A DNA stretch of 54,912 nucleotides from Catajapyx aquilonaris (lineage: Eukaryota): NCBI GenBank assembly GCA_000934665.2, contig JYFJ02002554.1, positions 1 through 54,912 on the forward strand. The letters run 5' to 3'. The notes under the pieces were generated by a model. It was given only the letters and a program-made list of their open reading frames with translations, did no database searches and was not told where the DNA came from. The position numbers and the translations under genes were made by a program. Positions 1-12,662 of the stretch are shown in pieces (positions within the stretch are counted from its first letter, which is position 1; the number at the start of each line of letters is the position of its first letter).

Positions 1-953
1 GTATTGCACCTGAGCGAATTAATTTGACAAAGCGCGCGCTGTGAGCGAATTGTCCTGCAACTTGTGACGCATTTTGTACTCTCATTAACTTTTTAACCAT
101 GTAAACTAGGGTCCCCATTTTTAACCATCCAGTGGCTAAATACTGCCTTTGTCTGTGGAAAAATCCACGACATTGTGTCTTCAATAATTTCGCGCATTGG
201 TGGGTTTCTGCTCATCTATGGTGCAAATGTTCAGGGTGAGCGAATTACCATGCAGTTGGGCAAGTAGTAGACCCAAGGGGAGAAAGAGTAAATGGGAGGA
301 AAGATGATAAGGAAAGGTCAGGCCCTTCTCCTTTTCCACTCGCGCCCTCATCCCACCATTTAGGCAGCATATGATAAGGCCATGTCTGCAAATTCCGTTC
401 CAGATGTGCTTCGTTTTGCTGCTCAAATTGCATTGCAGATGAATTTTCCCAAGGTTTAACCACATGACTCCTACCCTGGCGGGCCCACATGCTAGCAATA
501 AATCCAGTCCGCAACTCTGAGTCACTGCCCTCCCCCCTCCCAGAGAATCCTTTCCCTTCCATTAGGACTGCAAATTATCACCTTTTGGATGGAATGTGTG
601 AAAAGAGGTTGTATCCTGAACCCATGATGGCGATTTATGGGCTGATTTGCCAACTTCCGCCCTTTTTCGGCCGAGAGGTGGGACGGGAGGAGCGAAATGT
701 TTTTGTTATGTGAACCGAAACCAAAAATCCTTTCGTTAAAAGCGGATATTTTTAACATGGGTTTATATGGGGCCTCTGACGGTCACAAAAAAAAATTTCA
801 TTATAAGCAGATTTGCGTTCTATCCGGATTCGTTATAAAGGGATTCAACTGTATAACCTGTACATGTAATAAGGACATTCCAATAATTGTCAGGGCATAA
901 CAAATTTTGCTGCAGCAATTGATAGCCATTCACATAATTACTTTGAATTCCAG

Positions 954-3900
954 AGTGAAGCATGCATTCTCGTGGAAATTCCTGAAACCGCATATGTGCC
1001 CAATAGTCCAGGAGATCCTGTTCCCCATTATGTGTTACACGGATATGGATGAAGAAATGTGGAAGACCGATCCATATGAATACATTAGGATCAAATTTGG
1101 TAAGTGAGAGCAAACAATAATATAACCTGCAATTCCATCTCAATCCTAATCCTGTTTCCTCCTCACCAATTCAATCACTTCTGGCTGCACACATTACCAC
1201 ACAAAGGCCATGATTTCCTTCTCGCGAACATTCAGAATAAAAAAAAAGGCAAGGCTTTTGAATTACTAGTTGAGAAAGCTTACTTTTTCTTGTTTAACTT
1301 GGTTTTAATGTTACATCCTTATTTTTAAAAAATTCCTAGATTTATTTGAGGACTACATATCTCCTGTGACTGCTGCACAAACCCTGCTCCATACTTCATG
1401 CAAGAAGAGAAAGGAAATCCTTCCAAAGACTGTGACTTTTCTCATGCATGTTTTGAACAATCCCAGTGTTGACCCCAAGCAAAAGGATGGAGCCCTTCAC
1501 ATGGTGAGAAATCTTAAACACCAATTGACAGAACTAGCAAATTAGTGTTTAGTTAACTGTGTTTGGTGTTGCTCTAGGCGTCTAGGGCACCATTGCCTTG
1601 GAACCTTGATTTCGGTAACATTACCCTTTCATTTTGTTAGGTGGGAACACTTGCAGATGTCTTGCTGAAAAAGGTTGCTTACAAGGATCAGATGGAAGAT
1701 ATGTTGGTGAGATATGTTTTTCCAGAATACGGAAGCCCACATGGACACCTTCGTGCCAGGGTGAGTTCAATGGATTATTACATCCTAGAATTACCAGGAA
1801 GATACTGTAGTGGTTTGCTATAGTTGTCAGTGGGCATTCTTTGCATGAAAATATGTTGAATGACAGCTAATATTTCTGCCACGTAAGTAAATCTTTTGAT
1901 AGCTGAAGGAGATTTCATGTGATTGGCAGTTTGTTCTTAACTTCACAGAGGCCATCCAAAAAGAATGCTATGTGCATTTTCTATCCATGTAACAGGTTTC
2001 CTATTAGCTTCCTATGCAGACATCCAAAAATCCTAAGGGCCGGTGCACAAGGGGCCACTTAGTCATGCGCCACAGCCGCTGGCCACTGCAGTTGCTCAGG
2101 TCTGCCACTGCAGTGGATGCTCGCCACAGCTACTGGTGGGTGTCAGTGGCCTGTGGCTATGGCTCCGTGTGCATGCACCAATGAAGAGCAATAGTCCGCT
2201 ACCTAATGGACTGTGGCCTGGGCGTGCCAAGCTCACCACAGATGCTAGAGCCTGCCACTATTTGTGTGGTTGAACCCTACAGGGCCACAGACGCCTACCC
2301 TCTGCCCTGTTGTGGCCACATGTGAATACCCTCATTCAATCCTTTGAATTTCCGAAAGTGGCCAGTGGCTGTGGCACGCGTCCACCACCAAAAGTGGTCT
2401 TGTGAGCACCAGCATTAGTGTGCAATCTTGGGAACCAATCAGTTGTTGGTCCTTTGGCAGTGTTTCGGCCTTAAATAGGGTGACGAGTGGCAGAGAGAAT
2501 TGATTTAGCATTTTATCTTGTCAAGGGGACAAAAAAAGCTCCTCATTTAGGGGACATTATATTGATGTATGTGATGAGACTGGGAAAGGGCTTTATGTGC
2601 CAATTGGAACAACATGTGTTTTGCTGGTGTCTATTTGTTTACCCCCGTGATGCCCTTTCGGGCTTAGGGGGGAAGCTTTTGCTGGTGTCTTTACACTCCT
2701 TCTGTCCACAGGCAAACTGGGTGATCCACAGCTTCAGCGAGCTGACTTTCAAAAATGAGCGTGTGCTAGTTGAGGCCATAATGCTGACGGTGAACGCCCT
2801 ATTAACGGATGCAGAGATGCCGGTGCAGGTGGAGGCAGCCATTGCCCTTCAGAACATCCTGAGTAGCCAGGAAAAAGCCCAAAAGTTTGTGGAGCCACAG
2901 ATCAAGAACATCACCCTGGAGCTCCTCCGGATTGTGCGTAGCACTGAGAATGATGACCTTACCACTGTCATCCAGAAAGTGGTCTGTCTGTATGCTGACC
3001 AACTGCAGCCAATTGCAGTGGAGATGTGCCAACACCTTGCTCATACCTTTGGGAAGGTGATGGAATGTGATGGTACAGGAGATGGGAATGGGTCTGGGGA
3101 AGGAGGGGGAGGAGGAGGGCCAGGAAGTGAGGAGAAAGCCATCACTGCAATGGGGCTGCTTAACACTATGGAAACAGTGCTGCATGTAATGGAAGACCAA
3201 CCTGAAATCATGAAGCAACTTGAACCTGTCGTTGTACAGGTTGTTGGACTTATCTTCACCCAGACTGGAATTGGTGAGTTGTGCATCATGTAATGCACAA
3301 GTAAGGTTAATATTTTGCTGCAGGAAAATGCCACTTATATATTGGCACAGCTGTATGCCGTCCAGGAAAAGACTACATCGGTTTTCTGGGGTTTTGAAGT
3401 CGAGTTGCCTGACCCAAAAGGAACCCAGAATACCCCATATCCACAGTGGGAAAAAAATTATCCACCTGGCTACTCTACTTATCTTCATCGTAAACATAGG
3501 GACTATGGAGGTGGGGAGGGGGCTGAAAAGTTGGAAAAACCCACCTAATCCTGGCAGTCTCTTCTTGGTTCCCCTTTATGTACCCAGGGCCTTGATGCAT
3601 AGCATTGAGGCAGAAAGAGGAGTTATTCAGTGTAGTTACAAACTTGGCATTTATGCAGGGTTGGAAAAAACCTTTATTATTATTATTATTTTAAACCCAA
3701 CCCACACTGGTTTTGGGGGTTTTTCTGGCAATTTTATGTTTCGTTTCATCACTGTGTAATGTCCACTTGAAATCTTGAATTCTATTAAATGATGCGCCAC
3801 TCGGGAGAACCAATGGCTGTGTAAGATGCGAGAGAATTCCCCACTGATGCAGTTCAAATGTTCACATTGGATTGGGTTTGGGAGACTGCCTGACTGGAAG

Positions 3901-6900
3901 AGTGGGAGTTGACGGGTTGGAGTTGTGTTGTGGACGGTGTGTCGAATACTTTAAAAAATTTCGACATTCGGATGAAAAACTGTAAAAGCCAAGGTGGATT
4001 TTTACTTTTTAGTGGGTTTTATATAAGGTGGGTTTTTAGTTGATAAAAGTGGAGTGCAAACTTTGGATCTGGACAAAAAAAAAATTAAATTCGACCACTG
4101 GAGCATACTGATAAGTCAGGACTGTGGATAGCAAGTGGCCCACATAATGCACCCAGGAAGAAGAAACGAGGGGAATGTGGATGCATCCAAATGCATATAC
4201 ACTTGATGCATTTGGGAACTGTCACACTTCATTTGAATGCCAGAGAGACAGAGCTCTCTTGTCAGAACTAGGTATTGGTGCACCTCTAATTTTTTTGCCA
4301 ACTGGCACCGATGTGGCCTGGTCGAGGGGGTTTGGGTTCCAACTTGTCACACTGAAGGCCCCTCTTTAATTTTCTGTTAGCTCTAGCTGCTGCCTTAATC
4401 CGTAGGTACCACAGCAACTTAATAATGTAAAAAGAAACTTCCTGGGTGCACAAGCCCATGATGGTATCAGTAAAGTAAAGTTATGTCTTGCAGAGTTCTA
4501 TGAGGAGGCGCTGTCCTTGGTCTACAGCTTGACTGTCAAGTCCATCTCACCAGACATGTGGAAAGTACTGGAAATGATGTACAGGGTCAGTTTGCATTTG
4601 GTCACAGATTCTTTCCAAGTGAGAAACCCCCATGCCACAAGGTATACAAGGTGAAGGAAACTCTCGGACAATCGAAAACTAATTGCACATCACTATATTA
4701 GTTTTACGAGTACTATCAGTCTACCTGGCGATTGTCCGCGAGTTTCCCTTCACCCTGTATATAGTGTGTTTCAGAATTGTACTCGCATCTTGATTGGTAA
4801 AAATCTTGCAGATGCTTTCCACAGACTCATGCTATGCATGGTATGAATAGTTATACATATTATTGTAGCAGCACAGTAAAAATGAGGAGGAATTGGTGGG
4901 GGCAGGGAACCCATGCAGCTGTGCAAACATAACTTGGGTGAGCATTACACCTTGTGATTCCATGCCAAACATAGAGGTTAGTTCACTGAAGCTAGGCTCC
5001 ACAAAAATTCCACTGATGCAGATTTGAATATGAGCTCCATTCTGAAACACAATGGGATAGATGGGCTACACATGGGGCCTTTCTCCTGGGAAGTGTTCAT
5101 TATTACTTAGTAGTTCTGAGATATTCTTGTACATGTGTTTCGCCCTGTAGGTTTTCCAACAAGATGGATTTGACTACTTCACTGACATGATGCCCGCCCT
5201 ACACAATTATGTAACTGTGGACACCCAAGTCTTTCTCTCTAATGAGAACCACGTATTGGCCATATATGAGATGTGCAAAGCGGTATGTAAAAAGGATCCT
5301 ACTTACCTTATTTATCCTAAGAAGTATAACTTGATTATCAAGATGATCTGTTTTTTACATTAGTGATATATGATTTGCTTATTGATAATGAATTTGCTGA
5401 GAGCATAATGAAGCCCAATTGTTTGAGTTGCATTTTGTGTACAATAATTCAAATTTTATCGAAGAGGTTGCCCATTGTAATGTCCCATACAACTCTGCAA
5501 AAAGTATTGATTTCATGAAATTGACCTCCCGCTTGGCTGGCCAATGACATCCACTAGCCCGTCATGCCCCCATTTAGCCGATATCATTCCATTCTTCAAC
5601 CAGTCAATTTTGTGCATGTACTATTGGCACTGTATTATCATGGATGCACTCCCATAAGAAAAGCACGTGAAAGTGTCTGGAATAATGCTGTGCTGATAGT
5701 ACATTCACGAGTAAATGGTGCTGCCTCCCAAGTCACTAGATGGAAGAAATTCATCAATCCAAGTCCATTCAGAATTGATTGGTCCCCATAACTGATCTTA
5801 GGAATTTGTTGGAAAAGTTTCTGCCACTACTTTCATTGCCTTATTATTGCCACAGGTGTTAAATGGTGACTCGGGTGAGGACCCTGAGTGCCATGCAGCC
5901 AAATTGCTGGAAGTGGTGATCTTGCAATGCAAGGGGAGCATCAATAATGTGAGTTCCATGTGGCTATGTTAACTGTCGAACAACATCATTTTTGTGGTTT
6001 CTTTTTCTTTTTTGCACCCTTCCCTACCAATGCCACTTGGAAACTGTCGTGCAGTGCATCCCATCATTTGTGCAGCTGGTATTGCAGCGATTAACTCGCG
6101 AGGTGAAGACATCTGAGCTGCGGACAATGTGCCTGCAGGTGGTTATAGCTGCTTTGTACTATGACTCAGCTCTGTTGTTCAACACTCTGGACAAGATGCA
6201 GGAAAGCTCAGGCAGTGCAGAATCTATTGCTTCACACTTTGTGAAGCAATGGATACATGATACGGACTGCTTCCTGGGCTTGCACGACAGGAAGCTGTGT
6301 GTCCTAGGTCTGTGTGCGCTCATTAACCCACCTGCCAGCAGACTCCCCGCCGTGGTTGACTGCTCCAGGGAGATTGTGCCCTCCCTCATACTGCTCTTTG
6401 ATGGACTCAAAAGGGCTTATGCAGGTTAGTTTGAGATGGCTGAAGAATTTGGGAAGTTCTGTATATACAGTGTGTTGCAATTGAAGTGCCTATAGTGGTG
6501 AGTGAATTTTTCATCTTAAGCTGCTTATTAAGCAGTTGCTCTGGAACAGCTAGGCTATTGGCTATAATAAGTTGGAAAATATTCCGGTGAATAGATGAGT
6601 CACGTTTAACTACTGCAGGAGCACTGATGTTGCAAAAATTTGTTCAGCCCTTGTCCTTGCCCTCCATTCTAAATGGGATGTTTCCCAAGTCTGAACTTGA
6701 GTAATTTAAGGCAAGGAAGAGCAGAAAGTATGTAGTGATTCACCCTCAAATTAGCAGTCAATCATCTTATAACCCATTAAAGTGTAACTTCTTTAATAAA
6801 AGCAACTTAATGAAAAAACATTCATCAACTACAATTCAGTTGTAATGCACTGTAAGTACCATGAGGAGGGAATGTGATTCACAGTATGCTGATGTAGACT

Positions 6901-7838
6901 ACAATAACAATGGGATATTGCAGAAAAAAGAACTGGGGTATAAATGATGGGCAATGGTGGCGTGCAATGTGTAATGGTCACAAATGGCAAAGTACAAAGA
7001 ACCTGCTGTATTTTTCTTCCCACTCGACCTAGAAATATGAGGTTTGATCAAGGGGGTAACCACTCCCCAAAAAAGTGTACACCAGTGGGGTGGTTCTACC
7101 TGGTTCCAAGCCGGTTTCAGTGGGACCCTGTACACCGGTTCCATGAAGTGGTTACCCCCCCCCTTGGGTTTGATTAACAATGGACCTTAGTTCATGGGAA
7201 TGTAGCACCATTCACAATAAATGCTGTAATTGACCCTCAATGACCTTTATACGCACTCGAACGCGCCGCGAATCTCCTTATTTCCGAAGGTTCTCCCCAA
7301 CATATCGACATTAGTAGTCTAGAGCTGCACCGAGTGTTTTGGACCAATGCAATGGTACATGGCCTCCTTTAGAGGAAGGAAAAATCGAAGAGGTGAGGTA
7401 CAGCCTGCTAGCATCACCGAAAAAGTCACTACGACATTTGTCACAAGAAACTCTGTGTATTCTGTTTTTACTTGCCAAAGAGCTGCAAATGGGGATATTT
7501 GAGGAGTTGTGGGGAGACGGAGTGGCGCCGCGGTAACGCGTGCGCCCACGGAAGTTAAGGTCCCGGGTTCAATCCCCACCCGGGGTTCCCACCTTCTTTC
7601 GTGCAGAGTGAGACCGTCTCTGGCTTCGTTTCGGGTGGCGATCCTTGCACATATGCCACCCGGGGGAGTTCATAAAACGGCACATCAACGACATTGCACA
7701 CGCACTTTGCACATCCCCTCCTACCTACCCTTGGAACACACTAAATACTATCTTAGTATACCGGTTCCACCCAAATGGTGGTATTCCACCCCCCTAAAGG
7801 AAATGTAACTCCCAATGGGGTAATGCAAAAAAAAAAAA

Positions 7839-7887
<49 letters not shown>

Positions 7888-10800
7888 TTTGAGGAGTTAT
7901 GACAATAAGCATGGATGTTAGAAGACTTGGAAACCATCATCGTGCAGAAATCCGGACTGTTGATGTCGATGGAGGTCGTTGAAGGCCGTTGAAGGCCAAT
8001 TACAGCATATATTGTGAATGGTCCTACATTCCCATGAACTAAGGTACATTATAAACCAAACTTTGTGTTTCTAGGTTGAGTGGGAAGAAAAATACAGCTG
8101 GTTCTTTAGGTGAACTACCCAGTGAAACACCCTGTAGTACTTAGAGAGGAAAGTGATGAAATCTATTTATAGTTGGAGAGACTTCTTGATGATATATTGC
8201 TAGATATTATCTGATTCCTCTCACTGGTGGTGTCATTGGTGTTGTCTCATGGTGTTGATGGTGGGGCCAGAATCTCAGTTCTTATAATAGCTCATCTGGC
8301 AGGATATAACATAATAAAAATGCAGTCCCACTATTTGTTGTAATTTAATCTTAATACAAATTAATTTTCACAGCTAAGGCACATGAATCTTGCGAGGAAG
8401 AAGAGGACGGTGAGATTGACATTGAAAATGGTGAGTCACCTATTCTAATGAATGTTGATGAATGTTTAAACTCATTGTGCTTTTTATTATTTTTATGGTG
8501 TCGCAGAGGTCTTGAGCACTGATGAATCGGACATTGACGAGGAGGGTAACGAATACCTGGAATCACTCATGGACAAGGTACAGAAGTCCAAGTCCAAGGC
8601 GTCCTTATCCGTCACAGTGAAGGTGAAAACAGTAAGGAACACTTGCCACATCCTTGATCCTCTCTCCTTCCTATTTTTGTTCCTGCAAACTCCTGCTTCA
8701 GCCTTCTGTTTTGACCTTGATAAGTCCTATTACTCCTGGAATATACATCCCATTTAAGTCCCCGTTTGTCATCCATTAGTGGCGAGCAGTTCAACAAGCT
8801 GAACATAAATAGGACGGATATTATGTTGCCGAGCAGGATGCGAATTGATGAACTGTTTAGCTCGCAATGGGAGCAAAACTGGTCACCGACTCACAATTCA
8901 CTTGGTGCAATATTTTTTTGAGGTCTTTGGGTTTTATACCTTTTCAATAACAGGCATATATGTTGTAGAGTGATGATGACGACGATGACGACGATGACTA
9001 CAGCGTCGCAGAGGAGACTGCCCTGGAAGGGTACACTACACCCCTAGACAAGGAAGACTGCTCAGTGGATGAGTATGTCATCTTCAAGGAGATTATGCTT
9101 GGTCAGTCTAGTGTATTTTCTCCTTTTCCCCTGTCAGTAATGGCCGTCTTTGGCAGTGTCTGTAATTGTCTCCATCATGTCATTGCCTAATAGCCATGCA
9201 GGCTGCTGACCCCAACTGGTATTCCACCCTGACAAGCCACCTGAGCCCTGACCAGCACAAGTCACTCCAGGAGATTTTTGTGCTTGCTGACCAGCGCAGA
9301 GCGGCTGCTGAAAGTAGGATGATCAAGGAGAGCGGAGGTAAATATAAATCTGATATTTCTCTCGATGACAGGACCCTGCCTAGTGTTGTACAGTACTGAC
9401 CAATAATCGAGGCAACGACTAGCGACATTTTCCCGAAGCGGCAGAAGAAGGAATCTTGCTCGCCCGGCTTCTAGCATGCTTATCTTCGATTCCTTCTTCT
9501 GCCGCTTAGGGAAAATGTCGCTAGTCGTTGCCTCGATTATTGGCCAGTACTGTACAGTCACTCGAAAATGTAAGGTAGCAAACTTGAAGCTGAAATTAGC
9601 CTCTAAGTCTCTTTTAAGACTTGTGATGTAGAGGGAGGATCACCTCTCATGGAGGCTAATTTCATTGCTACCTTACATTTTAGAGTGTCCATTTCTTTAA
9701 AAGTTTATCCAATGGCAATAAGGTAATTGGCGTAAGTGTTCCATCCCAATAATGTATTGGTGGAATGTAATACAGTAGAACCCTGTTTATCCGACTGTCC
9801 CTTGACAGCAATAAATGTATGTTTTCTCATCAAATACTGCAATCCAGGCCTAATCATTTGTTTTGTATTGGGTTAGTTAAATTTTAAACAGCAGAGTGTA
9901 TGTTAAAGATAAAATACTTCACTATTTCATAGAGAAGCATAATATTGTACATTATTTCATTATTTTTTAATGCTTTTTGTTGTGTTTTCCTTTGCTCCTC
10001 GGATTATCCGACCTTTTCTATTATCCGACAATGCCCCAGTCCCGTGGATTATGGATAATCGGGGTTCTAATGTACTTTTGATTACATAGTTTGCACCTGT
10101 TGTAGACCACTGAAATGAGTAGTAATAGTAGTAGTAGGTTGATTTCATGTTGGCATGAAATAAGTTTGTAAAGAAAAAGAAGAAAAAAAAACTGCTTGCC
10201 ATTTCACTGCAGTACAACCATTAACTACGTAGGTGGGTGAAACACCTTTAACTACGTAGGTGGAGCCTGAGAGGCTCCAACGGTATATTTAAATTTCTGC
10301 TTATCAGCTAAATTGTTATATTGGACTTTTCACATACAGAAAGTGCAGTTCAGATCATTAGGCTTCCGAAAATGTAAAAATCACACGCTGAGTCAGCATA
10401 TTCCGACAGGGAAAAATTCTTAATTAAAAGGTTACATCATATGTTTGAGCCGCTCAGGCTTCACCTGAGATATAGAGCCTGAGCGGTTCCAGGAGGGACC
10501 TGTTCCTCGTTACGAATTTTTTTAAACCAAAGAATAGGGACTAAAAATTTGTGTCCTTCCTTTTCATGCATAGGAAGGTTTTTCTGACAAAGTCACGGAA
10601 GGACAGGGGAAAATAAAATTCAATGTAAAAGTTACATGCGTTTAAATAGTGCTTGGAGCCTCTCAGGCTCCACCTACGTAGTTAAGGGTTAAGCCCTGGC
10701 CACACTAGATGGAATCTCTGCGGCGGAATTTTCAGCGCGGTCTGCTCAAAAACACATGGAAGTAAACGGGCTTCCGTCGGGATAAGACACATGGCAGTTT

Positions 10801-11770
10801 TTCCGTCGAACACAAGCGGAAGACAGAGTGGAAAAAATCCACTCAGTTTTCTGCCAGGGATATCCCACTGCAACACATTGATTCCGGCAGGGGTAGGCCA
10901 CACTACCGACGGAGAAAGCTGGTTCGCTGGCCGTGCATCAGGGGGATTGGTAGCTGAAAGGGCCGCAAGGTCCACGGAAATTCAGTGTGACAAAATGTGA
11001 CAAAATCAAACCGCACCAGAAATTCCGTCACGAAGATTCTGCCTAGTGTGGCCAGGTCCTGAGGTCTAAACTCATGTGTGCTTGTAACTCCGACATGTGC
11101 TCACAAGCCGGACTTTTGCTTGTGCATTACCATTCCCCTGCTTGTGTGGGAAAGATGGTTGTTTCCATGTCTGCTTGTGACTTCAACTTGTGCATGCAAG
11201 TAGGACTTGAGTGCATTTGATTCCGTCCACATAAGCACATGTGCATGAGGACATGAAGTATGATAAACAATGTAAGAATTGAATGGCAACAGTTGGTAGG
11301 GATGCCAAGAGAAGGGGGGAGTGAGCATGGCAATGTCCCACATGACCACTCACTAGAACTGTGATTAGTTGTTGGTTGTGCTTGTGCACTCAATGTACCA
11401 GGAGCAGATCGAAGCCACAAGCGTAGGGTGCCAACAGATGTACGCAAAGAAAGAAAGAAGTTCCCAAGCACATAGCATTGGCATTTGTGACTTACATGTA
11501 CAAATTGGAGTGACTAGTCAATATGAGTTTAGGTAGAATTTTCGTCATGTTACTAGTTACTGCTACCTTAGCAGTACCATTGCACTACACTGGTACTGCT
11601 AAGTTAGAAGTAACTAGTCGTATGACGAAAATTCCACCCTAAGTCTTTCATTTGTTAAATTTTCATGAGCAGCAAGTAAACTGTTTGCATTGTTGCACTT
11701 TACAGGTTATGTCTTCAACCAGCAAACTGTACCCACGTCATTCAACTTTGGAGGGACGCCACTTGGATGA
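954..11770 (+). CDS. IPO7: Importin-7 (moleskin), 3' portion, 13 exons; 5' exons lie upstream of the window
   Basis: Exons 954-1099, 1340-1503, 1641-1760, 2712-3273, 4494-4585, 5151-5282, 5856-5948, 6055-6424, 8374-8430, 8507-8631, 8969-9101, 9194-9337, 11706-11770. All introns are GT-AG with consistent phases, giving 733 whole codons plus TGA. Importin-7 motifs: [106 protein letters not shown]. The 8631/8969 junction is the least certain. Confidence 0.96.
2037..2414. mobile_element. Degenerate MITE, PIF/Harbinger-like
   Basis: Imperfect TIRs ggccggtgcacaaggggccact / agtggtcttgtgagcaccagca, taa/tta flanks, and many internal gccac/gtggc repeats. Confidence 0.5.
4647..4757. mobile_element. Short TA-flanked MITE; a longer relative lies at about 15105-15516
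   Basis: TIRs caaggtgaaggaaactctcggacaatcg / cgattgtccgcgagtttcccttcaccctg. The segment aactaattgcacatc..ctatattagtttt.cgagtact.tcagtctacctgg recurs at about 15434-15510. Confidence 0.65.
5615..5705. repeat. Dispersed repeat of about 90 bp; second copy at about 45046-45136
   Basis: Both copies share tattatcatgga..cactccca.aagaaaagca.gt.aaagtgtctggaataat and have inverted ends atgtactat/atagtacat. Confidence 0.65.
7003..8100. mobile_element. Nested non-autonomous DNA transposons with a Tc1/mariner transposase remnant
   Basis: Outer TIRs ctgtatttttcttcccactcgacctagaaa / tttctaggttgagtgggaagaaaaatacag. Inner TIR pair at 7179-7232 / 7998-8050. Small GG..CC palindrome at 7051-7163. Peptide [24 protein letters not shown] (about 7381-7452) resembles a Tc1/mariner HTH region. 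Confidence 0.7.
7512..7884 (+). mobile_element. tRNA-derived SINE, family A, full length
   Basis: A box tggcgccgcggt, B box gggttcaatccc, poly(A)+(TAA)n tail. 17-bp TSD atatttgaggagttRtg at 7495-7511 and 7885-7901. Three more copies occur in the window. Confidence 0.9.
9391..9552. mobile_element. 162-bp palindromic MITE, TA TSD; second copy at 15786-15947
   Basis: Near-perfect inverted arms of about 65 bp, ends CAGTACTG..CAGTACTG, TA on both sides. Confidence 0.9.
9559..9687. mobile_element. Small MITE next to the previous element
   Basis: TIRs cactcgaaaatgtaaggtagcaa / ttgctaccttacattttagagtg, with inner tgaaattagcctc / gaggctaatttca. Confidence 0.7.
9773..10072. mobile_element. pogo/Tigger-like MITE; relatives at about 12919-13092 and 23373-23687
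   Basis: TA-flanked TIRs cagtagaaccctgtttatcc / ggataatcggggttctaatg, with subterminal ttatccga repeats. Confidence 0.7.
10245..10688. mobile_element. piggyBac-like MITE
   Basis: TIRs ttaactacgtaggtggagcctgagaggctcca / tggagcctctcaggctccacctacgtagttaa. Right end is GGG|TTAA. The left end is partly duplicated at 10218-10236. Confidence 0.75.
10693..11058. mobile_element. PIF/Harbinger-like MITE
   Basis: TIRs cctggccacactag..gaatct / agattc..ctagtgtggccagg; preceded by taa. Confidence 0.7.
11527..11643. repeat. Hairpin of about 115 bp (mini-MITE) near the 3' end of the last IPO7 intron
   Basis: Arms ttaggtagaattttcgtcatgttactagttactgctaccttagcagtacca / tggtactgctaagttagaagtaactagtcgtatgacgaaaattccaccctaa, with a short loop. 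Confidence 0.8.
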
Positions 11771-12303
11771 TGAGCATCAGAGTAGGACTTCATTTAAATA
11801 TTGGTTTACAGATCATGAAATTATGCTAAAACCTCCTCCCAAGAGCATGTTAAAATTGAGATACCCCTTTGCTTATATTTTTTTTTACAAAATGTAGACA
11901 TTGAACATTTTTCTAAGCAAGTGAAAAGACCTTTGAACTTGCTGTTCTGTTTTTTTGTCTTGAGTGGGGCCACTAGCCACGATGCGAGTGGGATATGTTG
12001 AACACATTTAAAAGTTGGAAATGTTAACAGCCTTGAGCAGGCTCAAACTGTTCGCACTAGATAATTTTACACCAAAACCGATATCATGCCTAATATAATT
12101 AAGGAGGGATGATCCACTCAATTGATTCTGCCCCATTTCTTACTTCCTTATGCCACCACATCACATAATTCTCAAGCGAAGCCGCTTTTGGCTCTGAGAG
12201 TCTTTCAATGGTCTCCAAAGGCCTGCATTCATGATGAAATTTTGTAATGGCTAAAGAGGCATTGTTTGTTGTTCCTGCCAGTAATAGGCTTGGCCCACTA
12301 GTA

Positions 12304-12585
12304 CAGTGCTGGACATTAATTCTGTCATACTGCTAGCGACATTTCCAATGCGGCAGAAGTGCAAGTCGAAGTGATAGTGTGCGAGCAGTGTGAGTAAGAA
12401 ATGGTAGGCCTTGGGTGACATCACCGGCTGGGGGGCAATGGAGACAAAGGCTAGTCTCCAGCCGGTGATGTCACTCAAGCTCTACCATTCCTTACTCACA
12501 CGGTTCGCACTCTATCACTTCGACTTGCACTTCCGCCACATTGGAAATGCTGCTAGCAGTACGATGGAATTAATGTCCAGCTCTG
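12304..12585. mobile_element. 282-bp palindromic MITE, TA TSD
   Basis: Ends CAGTGCTGGACATTAATT / AATTAATGTCCAGCTCTG, inverted arms of about 125 bp, TA on both sides. Confidence 0.88.
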
Positions 12586-12662
12586 TACAGCACCAACAAG
12601 CAGAGATGGTTCCAAAGCATGTTAAGAGGATCACCATACCCTCCCCTTTTTACTAAGTGCCT

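Noticed and set aside
2802..3497. Long ORFs antisense to real exons (also 18244-18870 and 25772-26176)
   Set aside because: They are shadows of the IPO7, UBE2M and eIF2-alpha coding sequences with no independent signal.
7512..7590. tRNA-like heads here and at about 30650, 31207, 38660 and 46932
   Set aside because: They continue into shared bodies with tails and TSDs, so they are SINE heads, not tRNA genes.
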